A stretch of DNA of 64,000 nt, from the NCBI GenBank assembly GCA_022072415.1, contig JAJVHW010000006.1, positions 4,958 through 68,957 on the forward strand, in the 5' to 3' direction. The number at the start of each line of letters is the position of its first letter. Within the stretch, counting starts at the first letter, position 1. This stretch comes from Planctomycetota bacterium. GTDB lineage: Bacteria > Planctomycetota > JAJSAM01 > JAJVHW01. Below the pieces are notes generated by a model, which was not told the DNA's origin, searched no databases, and was given only the letters and a program-made list of their open reading frames with translations. The translations under genes and the position numbers were made by a program. Positions 19,399-29,816 of this stretch are shown piece by piece.

Positions 19399-21167
19399 CC
19401 GACGCCGCGCCGACGTCCGCCGACGGCGATTCGATCTCCCCCCGCCGATACGCCGCGCTGCTCGCGTGCGTGGCGTTCGTCGTCGCGGGCGTCACGGCCT
19501 GGCCGTGGCTCCGTTTCGACTGGGAGATGCGCGCGACGGGCGGCGCCGCGTTGCCGCTCGTCGGCGTGGTGGACGGAGAGTTCTACATCTTCCTCCTCCG
19601 CCGCGCGGCCGAGGGCTTCACCGACAGCGCGAATCATCTCCTCCTCGAGCACCGCGGCCCTTCCGGGCACTCCGAGGAGGAACTCGTCCGGTGGATCGCG
19701 TCGGCTCCGCTCCGGATCTTCGGCGGGAGCGCGCATCACGTGGTCCTGGCGATGACGGCGGTCTGCGCGGGGCTCCATGCGCTGCTGTTCGCGGCGATCG
19801 CGCGCGCCGTCGGGGCTTCGCGAGCCGCCGCCGCGGCGACGGCCGCCGCGTGCTGCCTGGTCCCCCACGTCTTCGCGTGGTACGGCGCCGGCTTCTGGCT
19901 CCTGCGCCCCGATGCGGCGCTGCTCGACTTCCTGCCGCTCGCGCGGCCCGTGCATCCGAGCGTCTCCGGACTCCTGCTCTGGGGCGGCGTGCTCGCGGCG
20001 GTCCGCGCGGTGCGGAACGGGTCGCGCGTCGCGCTCGTCGCCGCGGCGGCGATGACGTGGCTCTCGTGGGAGATCTACCGCCCCGTCTTCCCGCTCCTCG
20101 GGGCGTTCATGGTCGGCGCGTGCGCCGCGCACTGGCTCCGCGGCGACCGCAAGTCCGCGGCGTGGACCGCCGCGCTCGGCGCGGCCGTGCTGGCGCTCCG
20201 CTTCGGCGCGTTGACGTCGACGGTGGGCGGCGAGGACCTCGTCAACGGAATGGGCGTGCCGCGCAGGGCGCCGATCCTGACCGCGAACGCGGCCCTCCTG
20301 GTCGCCGTCGCCGTCGCCGCGGTCGCGGTCGCCCTCCGCAGGCGGCTTCGCGCCGAGCCGGTGATGTTCGCCGTGTCCGCGGCCGGCGCGACTCTCCTCG
20401 TCTGGAACCAGCAGGTCGTGACGGGACGCATCTTCCAGCCGTTCCACTACGACTGGTTCTGGACGACCCCGTTCACGTGGCTCGCGCTCGCCGGCGTCGC
20501 AGCCGCGCTCCCCGCGCCGAAGCCGCGAGCGTCCACGGCCGTCGCGCTTGCCGTCCTCGCCCTGTCGGTCGTGTCGGGCCTCCGCATCCAGGACCACGCG
20601 CGCCGCCGCCGCGCCGCGTGGTACCGCACCGTGCAGACGCAGCGCGGCGCGTTCGACTGGCTCGCCGCGAACGCCGGTCCGGACGATGTCGCCGTGTTCG
20701 CCCGCGACGAGTCCGCCCGCCTCTACGCGGCGCACACGGGGCGGCCCGTCTACGCCGTCATGGAGATGCAGTTCACGGCGACGGCGCCCGACGAGCGAGA
20801 GCGCCGCGAGCGCCGCCTCGTGCAGTTCGACGTCTTCGGGGTCACGCGCGACGCGCTCGCCGCCGGAATGGACGACCGGAGCGCGATCCACGGGATGCTC
20901 TTCGGCTGGCGGACGTTCGGTCCGCCCGGCCCCCGCATCGCCGCCGTGATGCACACCGACGCTCCGCCGCCGCTCCCGGCGGCGACGCGCGACGAGATCC
21001 TCGCCGCGTGGGACGCGCTCCGCGCCCGTCCCGACGCGGAACGCAGGACGCTGCACCGGCTCGACTGGATCGTCTGGACCGACGACGCCCCGAAGGAGTT
21101 CCGCGAGCCGACGGACCTGCCGCTCGCCGCCAAGGGCCCGGGCTGGCGCATCCGCCGCGTGCGCTGA
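19395..21167 (+). CDS. Large polytopic membrane protein (about 12 TM; possibly a GT-C-like glycosyltransferase)
   Basis: ATGA overlap with the hydrolase gene. Many hydrophobic helices are followed by a soluble C-terminal domain. Confidence 0.6.
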   Translation: MTDAAPTSADGDSISPRRYAALLACVAFVVAGVTAWPWLRFDWEMRATGGAALPLVGVVDGEFYIFLLRRAAEGFTDSANHLLLEHRGPSGHSEEELVRWIASAPLRIFGGSAHHVVLAMTAVCAGLHALLFAAIARAVGASRAAAAATAAACCLVPHVFAWYGAGFWLLRPDAALLDFLPLARPVHPSVSGLLLWGGVLAAVRAVRNGSRVALVAAAAMTWLSWEIYRPVFPLLGAFMVGACAAHWLRGDRKSAAWTAALGAAVLALRFGALTSTVGGEDLVNGMGVPRRAPILTANAALLVAVAVAAVAVALRRRLRAEPVMFAVSAAGATLLVWNQQVVTGRIFQPFHYDWFWTTPFTWLALAGVAAALPAPKPRASTAVALAVLALSVVSGLRIQDHARRRRAAWYRTVQTQRGAFDWLAANAGPDDVAVFARDESARLYAAHTGRPVYAVMEMQFTATAPDERERRERRLVQFDVFGVTRDALAAGMDDRSAIHGMLFGWRTFGPPGPRIAAVMHTDAPPPLPAATRDEILAAWDALRARPDAERRTLHRLDWIVWTDDAPKEFREPTDLPLAAKGPGWRIRRVR

Positions 21168-22397
21168 TCAGGTCTTCCGGCGCGCGTGGTCCGAAGGCGA
21201 CCGCTCGGCCACGCGCCGGGCCGCGGCGCGGGCGACGGTGCCGTCGCCGAACCGGTCGGTGAGCGCGTCCACGGCGCGGTCGAGCCGCCGCTTCCTCTCG
21301 TCGGCCGGAGACGCGAAGAGGTCGCCCTGCGCTCCGTCCTTCGTGAACCGGCCGGCCGACACGCCGATGAGCCGCACCGGACGGAACGACGCCGACGCCC
21401 ACGTCTGGAAGAGCGACCGCGCGGCGCTCCACACGTCGGCCGTCGCATCGGTCGGCTGCGGGAGGGTCGTCTGCCGCGTGATCGTCTCGAACGCGCCGTA
21501 GCGGATCTTCACGTGCACTTCCCGCGCGCGCAGCCCGCTCCGCCGGATGCGCCGCGCGACGGCCTCCGCTTCGGCGAGCAGCACGGAGAGCACCTCGGCG
21601 GGATCGCCGAGGTCGGTCTCGAACGTCCGCTCCTGACCGATCGACTTCGCCTCGGAATCGGGGACCACGTCGCGGTCGTCCTGCCCCGTCGCGAGCGCGC
21701 GCCAGTGGTCCGCGGCGCCGCGTCCGACGGTGCGCGCGAGCAGTTCACCGTCGCACGCGAGGAGCTCCGCGATGGTCCGCACGCCGATCCCGTGCAGCTT
21801 CCGCTCCGCGACCTCGCCGACGCCCCAGATCTTCCGCACCGGAAGCGGCGCGAGCAGCGCCGGTCCGCCGCCGCGGGGGACGACCGTCAGACCGTCGGGC
21901 TTCTTCAGGTCGCTCGCGAGCTTCGCGAGGAACTTGTTCTCGGCGACGCCGGCCGACGCCGTGAGCGAGAGCTCCTCGCGGATGCGGCGGCGGAGGCGCT
22001 CCGCCGTGTCCGCGGGCGGCCCGTGCAGCCGCTCGGTGCCGGTCAGGTCCACGAACGCCTCGTCGATCGAGAGCGGCTCGACCAGCGGCGAGAGTTCCTC
22101 CAGCATCCCGAACACCTGCGCGGAGACCGCCGCGTAGTGGTCCATCCTGGGCTCGACGACGATCGCCTGCGGGCAGAGCCGCTTCGCGACCGCGAGCGGC
22201 TGGGCCGACCGGCACCCGAACTTCCGCGCCTCGTAGCTCGCCGTGGTGAGCACCGACCGAGCGCCCTCGAACGCGACCACCACCGGCTTCCCGCGGAGTT
22301 CCGGCCGGTCCCGCTGCTCCACCGACGCATAGAACGCATCCATGTCCACATGGAGGATCACCCGCCGGACCGGGGCTTCGGGAGAGGGGCTCGGCAC
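21168..22397 (-). CDS. dinB: DNA polymerase IV
   Basis: Y-family polymerase motifs are present: ILHVDMDAFYASVE, SIDEAFVDLT and KFLAKLASDLKKPDG. Confidence 0.9.
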   Translation of the reverse strand: MPSPSPEAPVRRVILHVDMDAFYASVEQRDRPELRGKPVVVAFEGARSVLTTASYEARKFGCRSAQPLAVAKRLCPQAIVVEPRMDHYAAVSAQVFGMLEELSPLVEPLSIDEAFVDLTGTERLHGPPADTAERLRRRIREELSLTASAGVAENKFLAKLASDLKKPDGLTVVPRGGGPALLAPLPVRKIWGVGEVAERKLHGIGVRTIAELLACDGELLARTVGRGAADHWRALATGQDDRDVVPDSEAKSIGQERTFETDLGDPAEVLSVLLAEAEAVARRIRRSGLRAREVHVKIRYGAFETITRQTTLPQPTDATADVWSAARSLFQTWASASFRPVRLIGVSAGRFTKDGAQGDLFASPADERKRRLDRAVDALTDRFGDGTVARAAARRVAERSPSDHARRKT

Positions 22398-22466
22398 GCG
22401 CGGATTGTCGCAGGCCAGGGGACGGTCCCGGCCGCACGGGTCTCGTCGGACGGCCGCGGCGGCGCG

Positions 22467-23567
22467 TCAGTTGAACAGGAAGTGGCAGACGTCGCCGTCG
22501 CGCATCACGTACGAGCGGCCCTCGGTGCGCATCCTGCCCGCGTCGCGGATCGCCTTCTCGGTCTTCAGGGCGACGAGGTCGTCCACGCCGTAGGTCTCCG
22601 ATCGGATGAAGCCCTTCTCGAAGTCCGTGTGGATGACGCCCGCGGCCTGCGGCGCGGTGGCGCCGACGGGGATCGTCCAGGCGCGGATCTCCTTCGGGCC
22701 GGCCGTGTAGAACGACTGCAGCCCGAGGAGCCGGTACGCGGCGCGGGCGAGGGTCGCGAGCGCGGGCTCCTCCATGCCGAGGCTGCCGAGCAGCTCCATG
22801 CGGTCGGCCTCCGGGAGCTCGCCGAGCTCGCTCTCGATCTTCGCGCAGACGGGGACGACCTCCATCCCCTCCGCGGCGGCGCGGGCGCGGACGCGCCCCG
22901 CCAGCTCGCCCTTGCCGAGGACGTCGTCCTCGCCGACGTTCATCACGTAGAGGACCGGCTTCGCGGTCAGCAGCCCGAGGAGATCCACGCCGCGCTGCTC
23001 CTCGGCCGTGAGCCCCTTCAGGGCGCGCGCGGGCTTCCCGGCCTCGAGGAGCGGGAGGAGCTTCCGGATCACCGCCACGCGGAGCGCCGACTCCTTGTCG
23101 CCGCCCTTCGCCGCGCGCTCCGCCTTCGGGAGCGCCGCCTCGACGAGCTGGAGGTCGGCGAGCATCAGCTCCGTGTCGATCGTGTCGATGTCGCGGATCG
23201 GGTCGACGGAGTTCTCGACGTGGAGGACCTGCTCGCCGCCGGGAGGCGACTCGAAGCAGCGCACGACGTGGAGGATCGCGTCCACTTCGCGGATGTGGGA
23301 CAGGAACTTGTTGCCGAGGCCCTCGCCTTCGGACGCGCCGCGGACGATGCCCGCGATGTCCACGAGGCGCAGCACCGCGGGGACGATCTTCTCCGACGAG
23401 ACGTACCCCCGGATGAGCTCGAGGCGCGGGTCGGGGATCGCGACGACCCCGACGTTCGGCTCGATCGTCGCGAACGGATAGTTCGCGGCGAGAGCCCCGG
23501 CCCGGGTCAGGGCGTTGAAGAGCGTGCTCTTCCCGACGTTCGGCAGACCGACGATTCCAGCTTCCAC
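22467..23567 (-). CDS. ychF: Ribosome-binding ATPase YchF
   Basis: [18 protein letters not shown] and the C-terminal TGS domain ([28 protein letters not shown]). Confidence 0.9.
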   Translation of the reverse strand: MEAGIVGLPNVGKSTLFNALTRAGALAANYPFATIEPNVGVVAIPDPRLELIRGYVSSEKIVPAVLRLVDIAGIVRGASEGEGLGNKFLSHIREVDAILHVVRCFESPPGGEQVLHVENSVDPIRDIDTIDTELMLADLQLVEAALPKAERAAKGGDKESALRVAVIRKLLPLLEAGKPARALKGLTAEEQRGVDLLGLLTAKPVLYVMNVGEDDVLGKGELAGRVRARAAAEGMEVVPVCAKIESELGELPEADRMELLGSLGMEEPALATLARAAYRLLGLQSFYTAGPKEIRAWTIPVGATAPQAAGVIHTDFEKGFIRSETYGVDDLVALKTEKAIRDAGRMRTEGRSYVMRDGDVCHFLFN

Positions 23568-23749
23568 GTGTCACCTCGGGCGCCCGGGCTGATTCCCGGA
23601 GCGCGGAAGGGTGTATCGCGCCGCCCGCCCGAGGGCTCGGGGAAGTCGCGCGTCGGGCGGCGGCCGCCGGATCCTCGGGCGCGTCGGTCGCGGGCCGGTC
23701 CGCACGCGGATCGTTGCAGCCGCCACCCCGTTCCATGTAGACCGCGGGC

Positions 23750-24253
23750 ATGAACGCCCCGATTCGAACGGCTCCCCTGGCCCTCGTCCTCGCGCTGACG
23801 GCCGCCGCGTGCGGCGGATCGGAGAAGCCGGCTCCGGCTCCCGCACCGACGCCTGCGCCATCGCCTGCGCCGACCCCCGAAGGCGCACCGGCTGCGGCGT
23901 GGCCGTCGATGACCCACGAGCAGCGCGAGGCTCACATGAAGGCAGTCGTCATGCCCGCGATGCGCGCGGCGTTCGCCAAGTGGAAGCCCGACGAGTTCGC
24001 CGACATGAAGTGCGGCGTCTGCCACGGCAAGGAGCCGAAGAAGCGCAACTTCAAGATGCCGAACCCCGACATCGAGAAGCTCCCGACCACGCCCGAGGGC
24101 TGGAAGGCGCTCGAAGCCCACGAACCCGACGCGATGGCGTTCATGGGGAAGACCGTCGTCCCCGGGATGGCGAAGATGCTCGGCGTCGCCCCATACGACC
24201 CGGCGACGAAGCAGGGCTTCGGCTGCTTCAACTGCCACGAGGCGCAGAAGTAG
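23750..24253 (+). CDS. Di-heme cytochrome c lipoprotein
   Basis: A signal peptide with lipobox LTAAAC precedes two CxxCH motifs (CGVCHG and CFNCHE). Confidence 0.7.
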   Translation: MNAPIRTAPLALVLALTAAACGGSEKPAPAPAPTPAPSPAPTPEGAPAAAWPSMTHEQREAHMKAVVMPAMRAAFAKWKPDEFADMKCGVCHGKEPKKRNFKMPNPDIEKLPTTPEGWKALEAHEPDAMAFMGKTVVPGMAKMLGVAPYDPATKQGFGCFNCHEAQK

Positions 24254-24269
24254 GGGACATCCCGCACGC

Positions 24270-24659
24270 CTACTTCAGCCGCACCAGCTTCCCCTTGCGT
24301 CGCACGAGGTTCTTGTAGTCCCACTGGATGTCCCGCGCCTTCCCGAGCCACCGGGCGAGCGCCTTCACGTCCACCTGGTCGGCCGACGTGTACCGCGCCT
24401 CCGCCGCCTTGAAGCTGCCCTCCGGCGCGAGCCCCTCCTCGTCGAACGACTGCCCGCTCCAGAAGAGGAGCCGCACGCAATCCTTCAGCTTGCTGTAGCC
24501 CGCGACCGGATTCCCGTCGAGGAACCACACGGGATGCGCGTGCCACACCTTGTTCTCCGCCTCCGGCAGTCCGCGGTCGATCTCCGCCGCGAGCCGCTCG
24601 CAGATCGCCCGGTCTGCGGCCTTCTGCTTCGCGTTGTACGCCTTCGTGTCGGGATGCAT
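24270..24659 (-). CDS. DUF1801/YdhG-like protein
   Basis: A small soluble protein containing WHAHPVWFLDGNPVAGYSKLKDCVRLLFWSG. Confidence 0.5.
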   Translation of the reverse strand: MHPDTKAYNAKQKAADRAICERLAAEIDRGLPEAENKVWHAHPVWFLDGNPVAGYSKLKDCVRLLFWSGQSFDEEGLAPEGSFKAAEARYTSADQVDVKALARWLGKARDIQWDYKNLVRRKGKLVRLK

Positions 24660-25159
24660 GGGTCGGCTCCGGGTCGGGCGGGCTCGTCACAGTCTACCCG
24701 CGAGGGTCCCGTCGGTCAGTCCGGCGACGGCGCGGGCACGCCGGCTGGAAGACGCAGGGCGGAACGCCTGACGGGGCGGCGCGCGGATCGGCTCATCGCC
24801 GGGAACGAGCGCCTGAACGACGTGTGCGATTGACCCCGACCGGCCCGAGCGCCCCGCTCGCTCGGACGTTCCGCATCGACGAATCGCGCTCATCGAAGGC
24901 GACATCGGCGACCTGCGCAGGACACTCGCAGCCGCGCATTCGACGCGAAAGCGTTCACGATGACCGCACGTGCACTCTCGGACGACGGTGGACGACCTCG
25001 GTGCCGACGACTCGCTGCTGGAGCGAGCCTACGTCGCCCCCACGCCGGGATTCGCTGTCTGGCTCGCCTCCGATCAGGTCGTCGCCGGTCGGGGATGCGG
25101 CAGAGAGGTCCGATCCGCCAGAGTCTTCGCGAACGACAGGAGTCGGCGCATCGCCGACC

Positions 25160-26032
25160 TCACCCCTCGAACGAGTACCCCGCCAGGAACGGCTCGGACG
25201 CGATCAGCGCGTCGATGCGGCGGCGGTGATCGGGGGTGAAGGGGAACGTGTCGCGGCTTCGGCGGGGCGACGGGAAGATCACGGCGGCGCAAGCGTCGAG
25301 GAACGGCGGCGGAGCGTCGAGCCCGACGAAGGAGCAGAGGCGGCGGACCTCGCGGCGCGGGTCGGCGATCACGTCCTCGTGGCGGACGTCGAGGACGGAG
25401 CCGCGGCGGAACGCGTCGTCCCACACTCCGGCCGCGTCGCGGATCCTCGCGACGCCGCGGACGAGGCCGGACGTGACGTCGATCAGCTTCTCCATCGGCG
25501 CGCCGCTCCGCCGGTGGCGCGTCGCGAGGATGTCGTACGGATTCCGCGCCACGTGGACCAGCCTCGGCGGCGCGCCGAAGAGCGCCGCGGCGCGCGCGAG
25601 GAGCGTGGGTTCGGCGGAGAGGCGGCGCACGGAGCGGGCGCCCTTCTTGTCGCCCATCACACGGAGGTCGCCCGTCGCGCCCTGCCCGGCGCCGGGGACG
25701 GCGTACGAGTAGTCCATCCACTTCCGGTCCATCGCCTCGAACTGGCGGCCGTTCTCGAGGACGAGGGAGAGGATCTCCTCGCGCGAGAACCCGCGGTCTA
25801 CGAAGTGGAAGAGGTCGAGTTCGTGCGCGACCGCGGCCTGCGGGTGCGCGTCGAGGAGCGACCCGAACAGGCTGTGGCCCGAGCGCGGGTAGCCGATGAA
25901 GACGACCACCGTCTTCACGCCCGCGAAGAGCGGCGCCTCGCGGCGCGCGGCGTCGGCCGAGAACGTGCGGAGGAGTCCGACGTCGGCCTCCGGGTATCGC
26001 TTGATGCCGACGCACGGCGGGACGGGCGTCAC
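25160..26032 (-). CDS. Sulfotransferase family protein (GTG start overlapping the ABC gene stop)
   Basis: The PAPS 5'-phosphosulfate-binding-like loop VVFIGYPRSGHSLFGSLL is present. It occupies the 3' portion of ORF 25160..28678. Confidence 0.7.
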   Translation of the reverse strand: MTPVPPCVGIKRYPEADVGLLRTFSADAARREAPLFAGVKTVVVFIGYPRSGHSLFGSLLDAHPQAAVAHELDLFHFVDRGFSREEILSLVLENGRQFEAMDRKWMDYSYAVPGAGQGATGDLRVMGDKKGARSVRRLSAEPTLLARAAALFGAPPRLVHVARNPYDILATRHRRSGAPMEKLIDVTSGLVRGVARIRDAAGVWDDAFRRGSVLDVRHEDVIADPRREVRRLCSFVGLDAPPPFLDACAAVIFPSPRRSRDTFPFTPDHRRRIDALIASEPFLAGYSFEG

Positions 26033-28696
26033 GCCGGGAGCTCCTCGTCGTCGTCGGACCCGGCGTCCGCATCCCCGGACGAGTCGCCGCCTTCGGACTC
26101 CGCCTTCTTCCGCTCCCCCATCTGCCGGTCCCACATCTCCTTGAACCGGCCGCCCTCGCGGTCCATCAGGAGCGACGGCGGGCCCTGCTCGACGATGGCG
26201 CCCTGGTCGAGCACGACCACGTGGTCGGCGTCGCGAATCGTGGAGAGTCGGTGCGCGACGACGATGACGGTGCGGCCGTGCATCAGCTTCGCGAGCGCGG
26301 CCTGCACCTGCGACTCGGCGTGGCTGTCGAGGGCGCTCGTCGCCTCGTCGAGGATCAGCACCGGCGCGTCCTTCAGGATCGCGCGGGCGATGGTCACGCG
26401 CTGGCGCTGCCCGCCGGAGAGCGACGTGCCGCGCTCGCCCGCCATCTTCCCGTAGCCGCCCTCCATGCGGGCGATCTCGTCGTGGACGAACGCGTCGCGC
26501 GCGGCCTGCTCGACCTGCTCGCGCGTGGCGCCGGGGCAGCCGTAGCGGATGTTCTCCTCGATCGACGCGTTGAAGAGGAAGGCGTCCTGCGTCACGATCG
26601 CCACGTTTGCAAGGAGGCTCTCCTTCGTGACGCTCCGCGCGTCGCGCCCGTCGAAGAGCACGGCTCCCTCCGTCGGGTCGTAGAACCGCGCGACCAGGTC
26701 GCAGATCGTCGTCTTCCCCGCGCCGGTCGGGCCCACGAGCGCGACGACCTTCCCCGCCGGGACCACGAGGTCGATCCCGCGCAGGATGTCCTTCTTCCGG
26801 TAGGCGAAGCGCACGCCGCGGAGCTCGATGCCGCGCGAGAGCGGGCCGCGGGGCATGCGGTCCGCGCCGTCGGGGAGCGTGTCCGGCTCGTCGAAGATCT
26901 CGAAGACGCGCTCGGTGCCCGGGACCGCCTCGATCAGCTTGTTGATGACGGAGGTGATCTCCTTCGACTGCTGGTAGCAGGTCTGGACGATCAGCGTGAA
27001 CGCGAAGAGGTCGCCCACCGAGACGCGCCCCGCGAGCACGAACTTCCCTCCGTACCAGACGAGCAGCGCGCCGCCGCCCATCTGCATCAGGTCCATCAGC
27101 GCCTTGCTCATCGCGGAGAGCCGCTGGAGCTTCCGCGCCTCGCGCCGGTAGCGGTGGACCACCTCGTCGAGGCGCTCGGTCTCGCGCGTCTCGCCGGAGA
27201 ACGCCTTCACCACCTTGATCCCGATCATCATCTGGAAGATGACGTGGCTGATCTCGGCCAGGATGAGCTGCCGCGTCTCCGCGCGCTTCTTCACCTTGCG
27301 CGCGATCCGGTAGAGCGGGAAGACGAGGAGCGGGAGCCCGAGGAGGATGAGCGCGAGGCCCCAGTTCGTGACGAAGGCGAGCAGCAGCGCGCCGGCCAGC
27401 ACGAAGGGCGCGGTGAACGCCGTCTCGAAGACCTGGTTCAGCACGTTCCGGAGCGACGCGACGTCGCGCTCGAGCCGCGCGACGAGGTCGCCGAGCTTGT
27501 GCTTCCCGTAGAAGGAGAGCGGCAGCCGGACGAGCTTCGCGCCGAGCGAGACGCGCACGTCGGCGATCATCTGCGTCGCGTAGAAGTTCTGGAGGTAGTC
27601 GCGGAGGAACCCCGTCCCCGCCATGAGCACGCCCACGCCGAGGGTCGCCCACGAGAGCCAGCGGAGGCGGTCGAGGGCGTCGGCGCCCGGGTCCACGAGC
27701 ACGTCGTCGAAGAGCTCGCTCCCGAGCTTGATCTTCAGCATCTGCGAGGCGGAGAAGAGGCCGCCCAGCACGATGACGACGAGGATCCCCCACCTGTACG
27801 GCTTCGCGAACGAGTAGACGCGGAGGAGCGACGAGATCCGGCCCTGCCGCCCTCCGACCCAGAGGAACGCCGCCACGACGCCCGTGAGCAGCGCGCCGCC
27901 GAGGAGCACGTGCCACGGCTTCGCGCGGCCGACGTACTGCGCGCCGACGCGCAGGCTGAGCCCGCCGGTGTCGCGGAGCGCCTCGCCCTCGGTCATCTCC
28001 ACGAGGACGCCGAACCGCGGGGCGTTCCGGCCTTCGCCGTACGCGGCGGAGAGCTTCGACCACGTCGCGAGCACGCGCTCCGACTTCCCTCCGCGGAACG
28101 TCGGCGGGTTCCCGTCGTCGTCCGGCTCCGCGAGGCCGCCGCGGCCCTGGAGGTGCTTCGCAAGCGCCTCGACGCCCTTCGACTCGTGGTCCTTGTCGAA
28201 GCGGTGGCGATGGCGCTCCTGCACGGCCTTCGGGTCGCCCTGCATGCGGAAGAGGACGCGGCCCGTGTCGTCGGCGACGGCCAGGTGCTCGTAGTTCCCC
28301 GACGACGCGCGCCCGCCCACCGGCGGACCGACGGCGGCGACCGCCTGCGCGCGCGCCGCGAGCGTCTCGTAGCGGATCTTCGCGGAGCGCCCGTTCTCGG
28401 AGATCGCGAGGTTCCGCGGCAGGAACTCGACGGTCAGCTCCGTCTCCGTGCCGCCGCCCCACCGGTCGATCGGCGGCGGCGGGGCCGCCGACATGTCGCC
28501 CGCGGCGAGCGCGGCGCGGGCCGACGCCACGGTCGAGGCGATCTCCCCGTCGAACGCCTTCCGCGCCGCGTCGATCCGCGCGAACGCCGCGCGGCGCGCG
28601 ACCGCCGACGCCCGGGAGTCGTTCACCGCGGTCGCGACCGCCGCCACGAGCATCGCGAACGCGAGCACGCACAGCCACGCCTGGATGCGCCTCATC
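26029..28696 (-). CDS. ABC exporter (fused permease/ATPase, MsbA-like) with an extra 280 aa N-terminal periplasmic domain
   Basis: Walker A GPTGAGKTT, the ABC signature LSGGQRQR, Walker B ILILDEATSALD and six TM helices are all present. An N-terminal signal-anchor plus a soluble domain precedes the transmembrane domain. Confidence 0.85.
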
Positions 28697-29816
28697 GCGG
28701 CGGCTCCGGCCGGCTTCCGAGGAGTTCGCGGTAGACCGCGAGGTTCCCCCCGACCATCGCGTCGATCGTGAACTTCCGCTCGACGTGCCGCCGCCCCTCG
28801 TCGGCGAGGCGGGCCGCGAGCGCGCGGTCCGCGAGCAGGCGCAGCACCGCCGCGGCGAGCGCGGCTGGGTCGCGCACGGGCACGGTGAGTCCGGTCTGTC
28901 CGTCCACGATCACTTCGGGGATTCCTCCCGCCGCCGAGCCGACACAGGGCCGCCGGAGCGCCAGCGCATCGAGCAGGCTCGTGCAGAGGCCCTCCAGCAC
29001 GCTGCACATCACGAAGACGTCGCAGCCGGCGAGGAGCGAGGGTACGTCGGTGCGGAACCCCGTGAAGACGATTCGGGACGCCACGCCGAGCGCCTCGGCC
29101 TCGGCGCGCACCTTCGGCAGGCACTCGCCCTCGCCCACGAGGACGATCCGCGCCTCGGGGTGGGCGGCCAGGATCGCCGGCGCCGCGCGCACGAGGAACT
29201 CCTGCGCCTTGTGCCAGCCGAACGCCGCCACGTCGAGGATCACGGGCGCGCCGCGCGGCATCCCGAACTCGGCCGCGTAGTCGTGCGGCGCGACGCCGTC
29301 GAAGCGCGCGAGGTCGATCCCCGAGTGGACGACGCGGATCCGCTCCGGCGGGATCCCGTCCTTCACCATCTGCGCGCGGATGCCCTCGCTGATCGCCACG
29401 TAGCGGTCCACGCCGAAGCGGTACTTGAACCACGAGAGCCGGAGCGCGTTCCGGTAGATCGTGAAGTCCACGCGGCGGGAGACGACGGTCTTCCCGATGC
29501 CGGCCGCCTTCGCCGCGAGCACGCCCAGCGTGTGGGCATGGCTCGTGTGCATGTGGATCACGTCGGGGCGGAACGAACGGAAGACGCGGCGGAGGCGGAG
29601 CACGCCGGCCGGGTCGGCCTCGCCCCGCGTCCGGACCTCGGCGACGTCGAGCCCCTTCGCGCGGCAGCGCTCGACGTACGGCATCCCCGGCTGCCCGACG
29701 CAGAGGTTCGTCACGCCGCGGCGTGCGAGTCCCTCGGCCAGGTAGAGCGCCTGCTGCTCGCCCCCGCGCCAGCCCTTCTCCGTGTCGATGTGGAGGACGC
29801 GGAGGGGGGCCGTCAC
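28692..29816 (-). CDS. Glycosyltransferase family 4
   Basis: A GTG start gives VTAPLRVLHID. The EX7E-like region CSVLEGLCTSLLDALALRRPCVGSAAGGIPEVI is present. It forms an ATGA overlap with the ABC exporter gene. Confidence 0.8.
   Translation of the reverse strand: MTAPLRVLHIDTEKGWRGGEQQALYLAEGLARRGVTNLCVGQPGMPYVERCRAKGLDVAEVRTRGEADPAGVLRLRRVFRSFRPDVIHMHTSHAHTLGVLAAKAAGIGKTVVSRRVDFTIYRNALRLSWFKYRFGVDRYVAISEGIRAQMVKDGIPPERIRVVHSGIDLARFDGVAPHDYAAEFGMPRGAPVILDVAAFGWHKAQEFLVRAAPAILAAHPEARIVLVGEGECLPKVRAEAEALGVASRIVFTGFRTDVPSLLAGCDVFVMCSVLEGLCTSLLDALALRRPCVGSAAGGIPEVIVDGQTGLTVPVRDPAALAAAVLRLLADRALAARLADEGRRHVERKFTIDAMVGGNLAVYRELLGSRPEPPR

Noticed and set aside
18924-21448. ORFs 19278..21056(-), 19466..21262(+), 20750..21448(-) and 20842..21432(-)
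   Set aside because: They are alternate frames to the polytopic membrane protein gene, with an Arg/Gly-rich, implausible composition.
21186-23753. ORFs 21186..23753(+) 855 aa and 21745..23751(-) 668 aa
   Set aside because: They are antisense or alternate-frame to the well-supported dinB and ychF genes.
25160-28734. The 5' 880 codons of ORF 25160..28678(-), and ORFs 25074..26072(-) and 26221..28734(+)
   Set aside because: Only the final 290 codons (sulfotransferase) carry a motif. The remainder runs through the ABC gene in a wrong frame.
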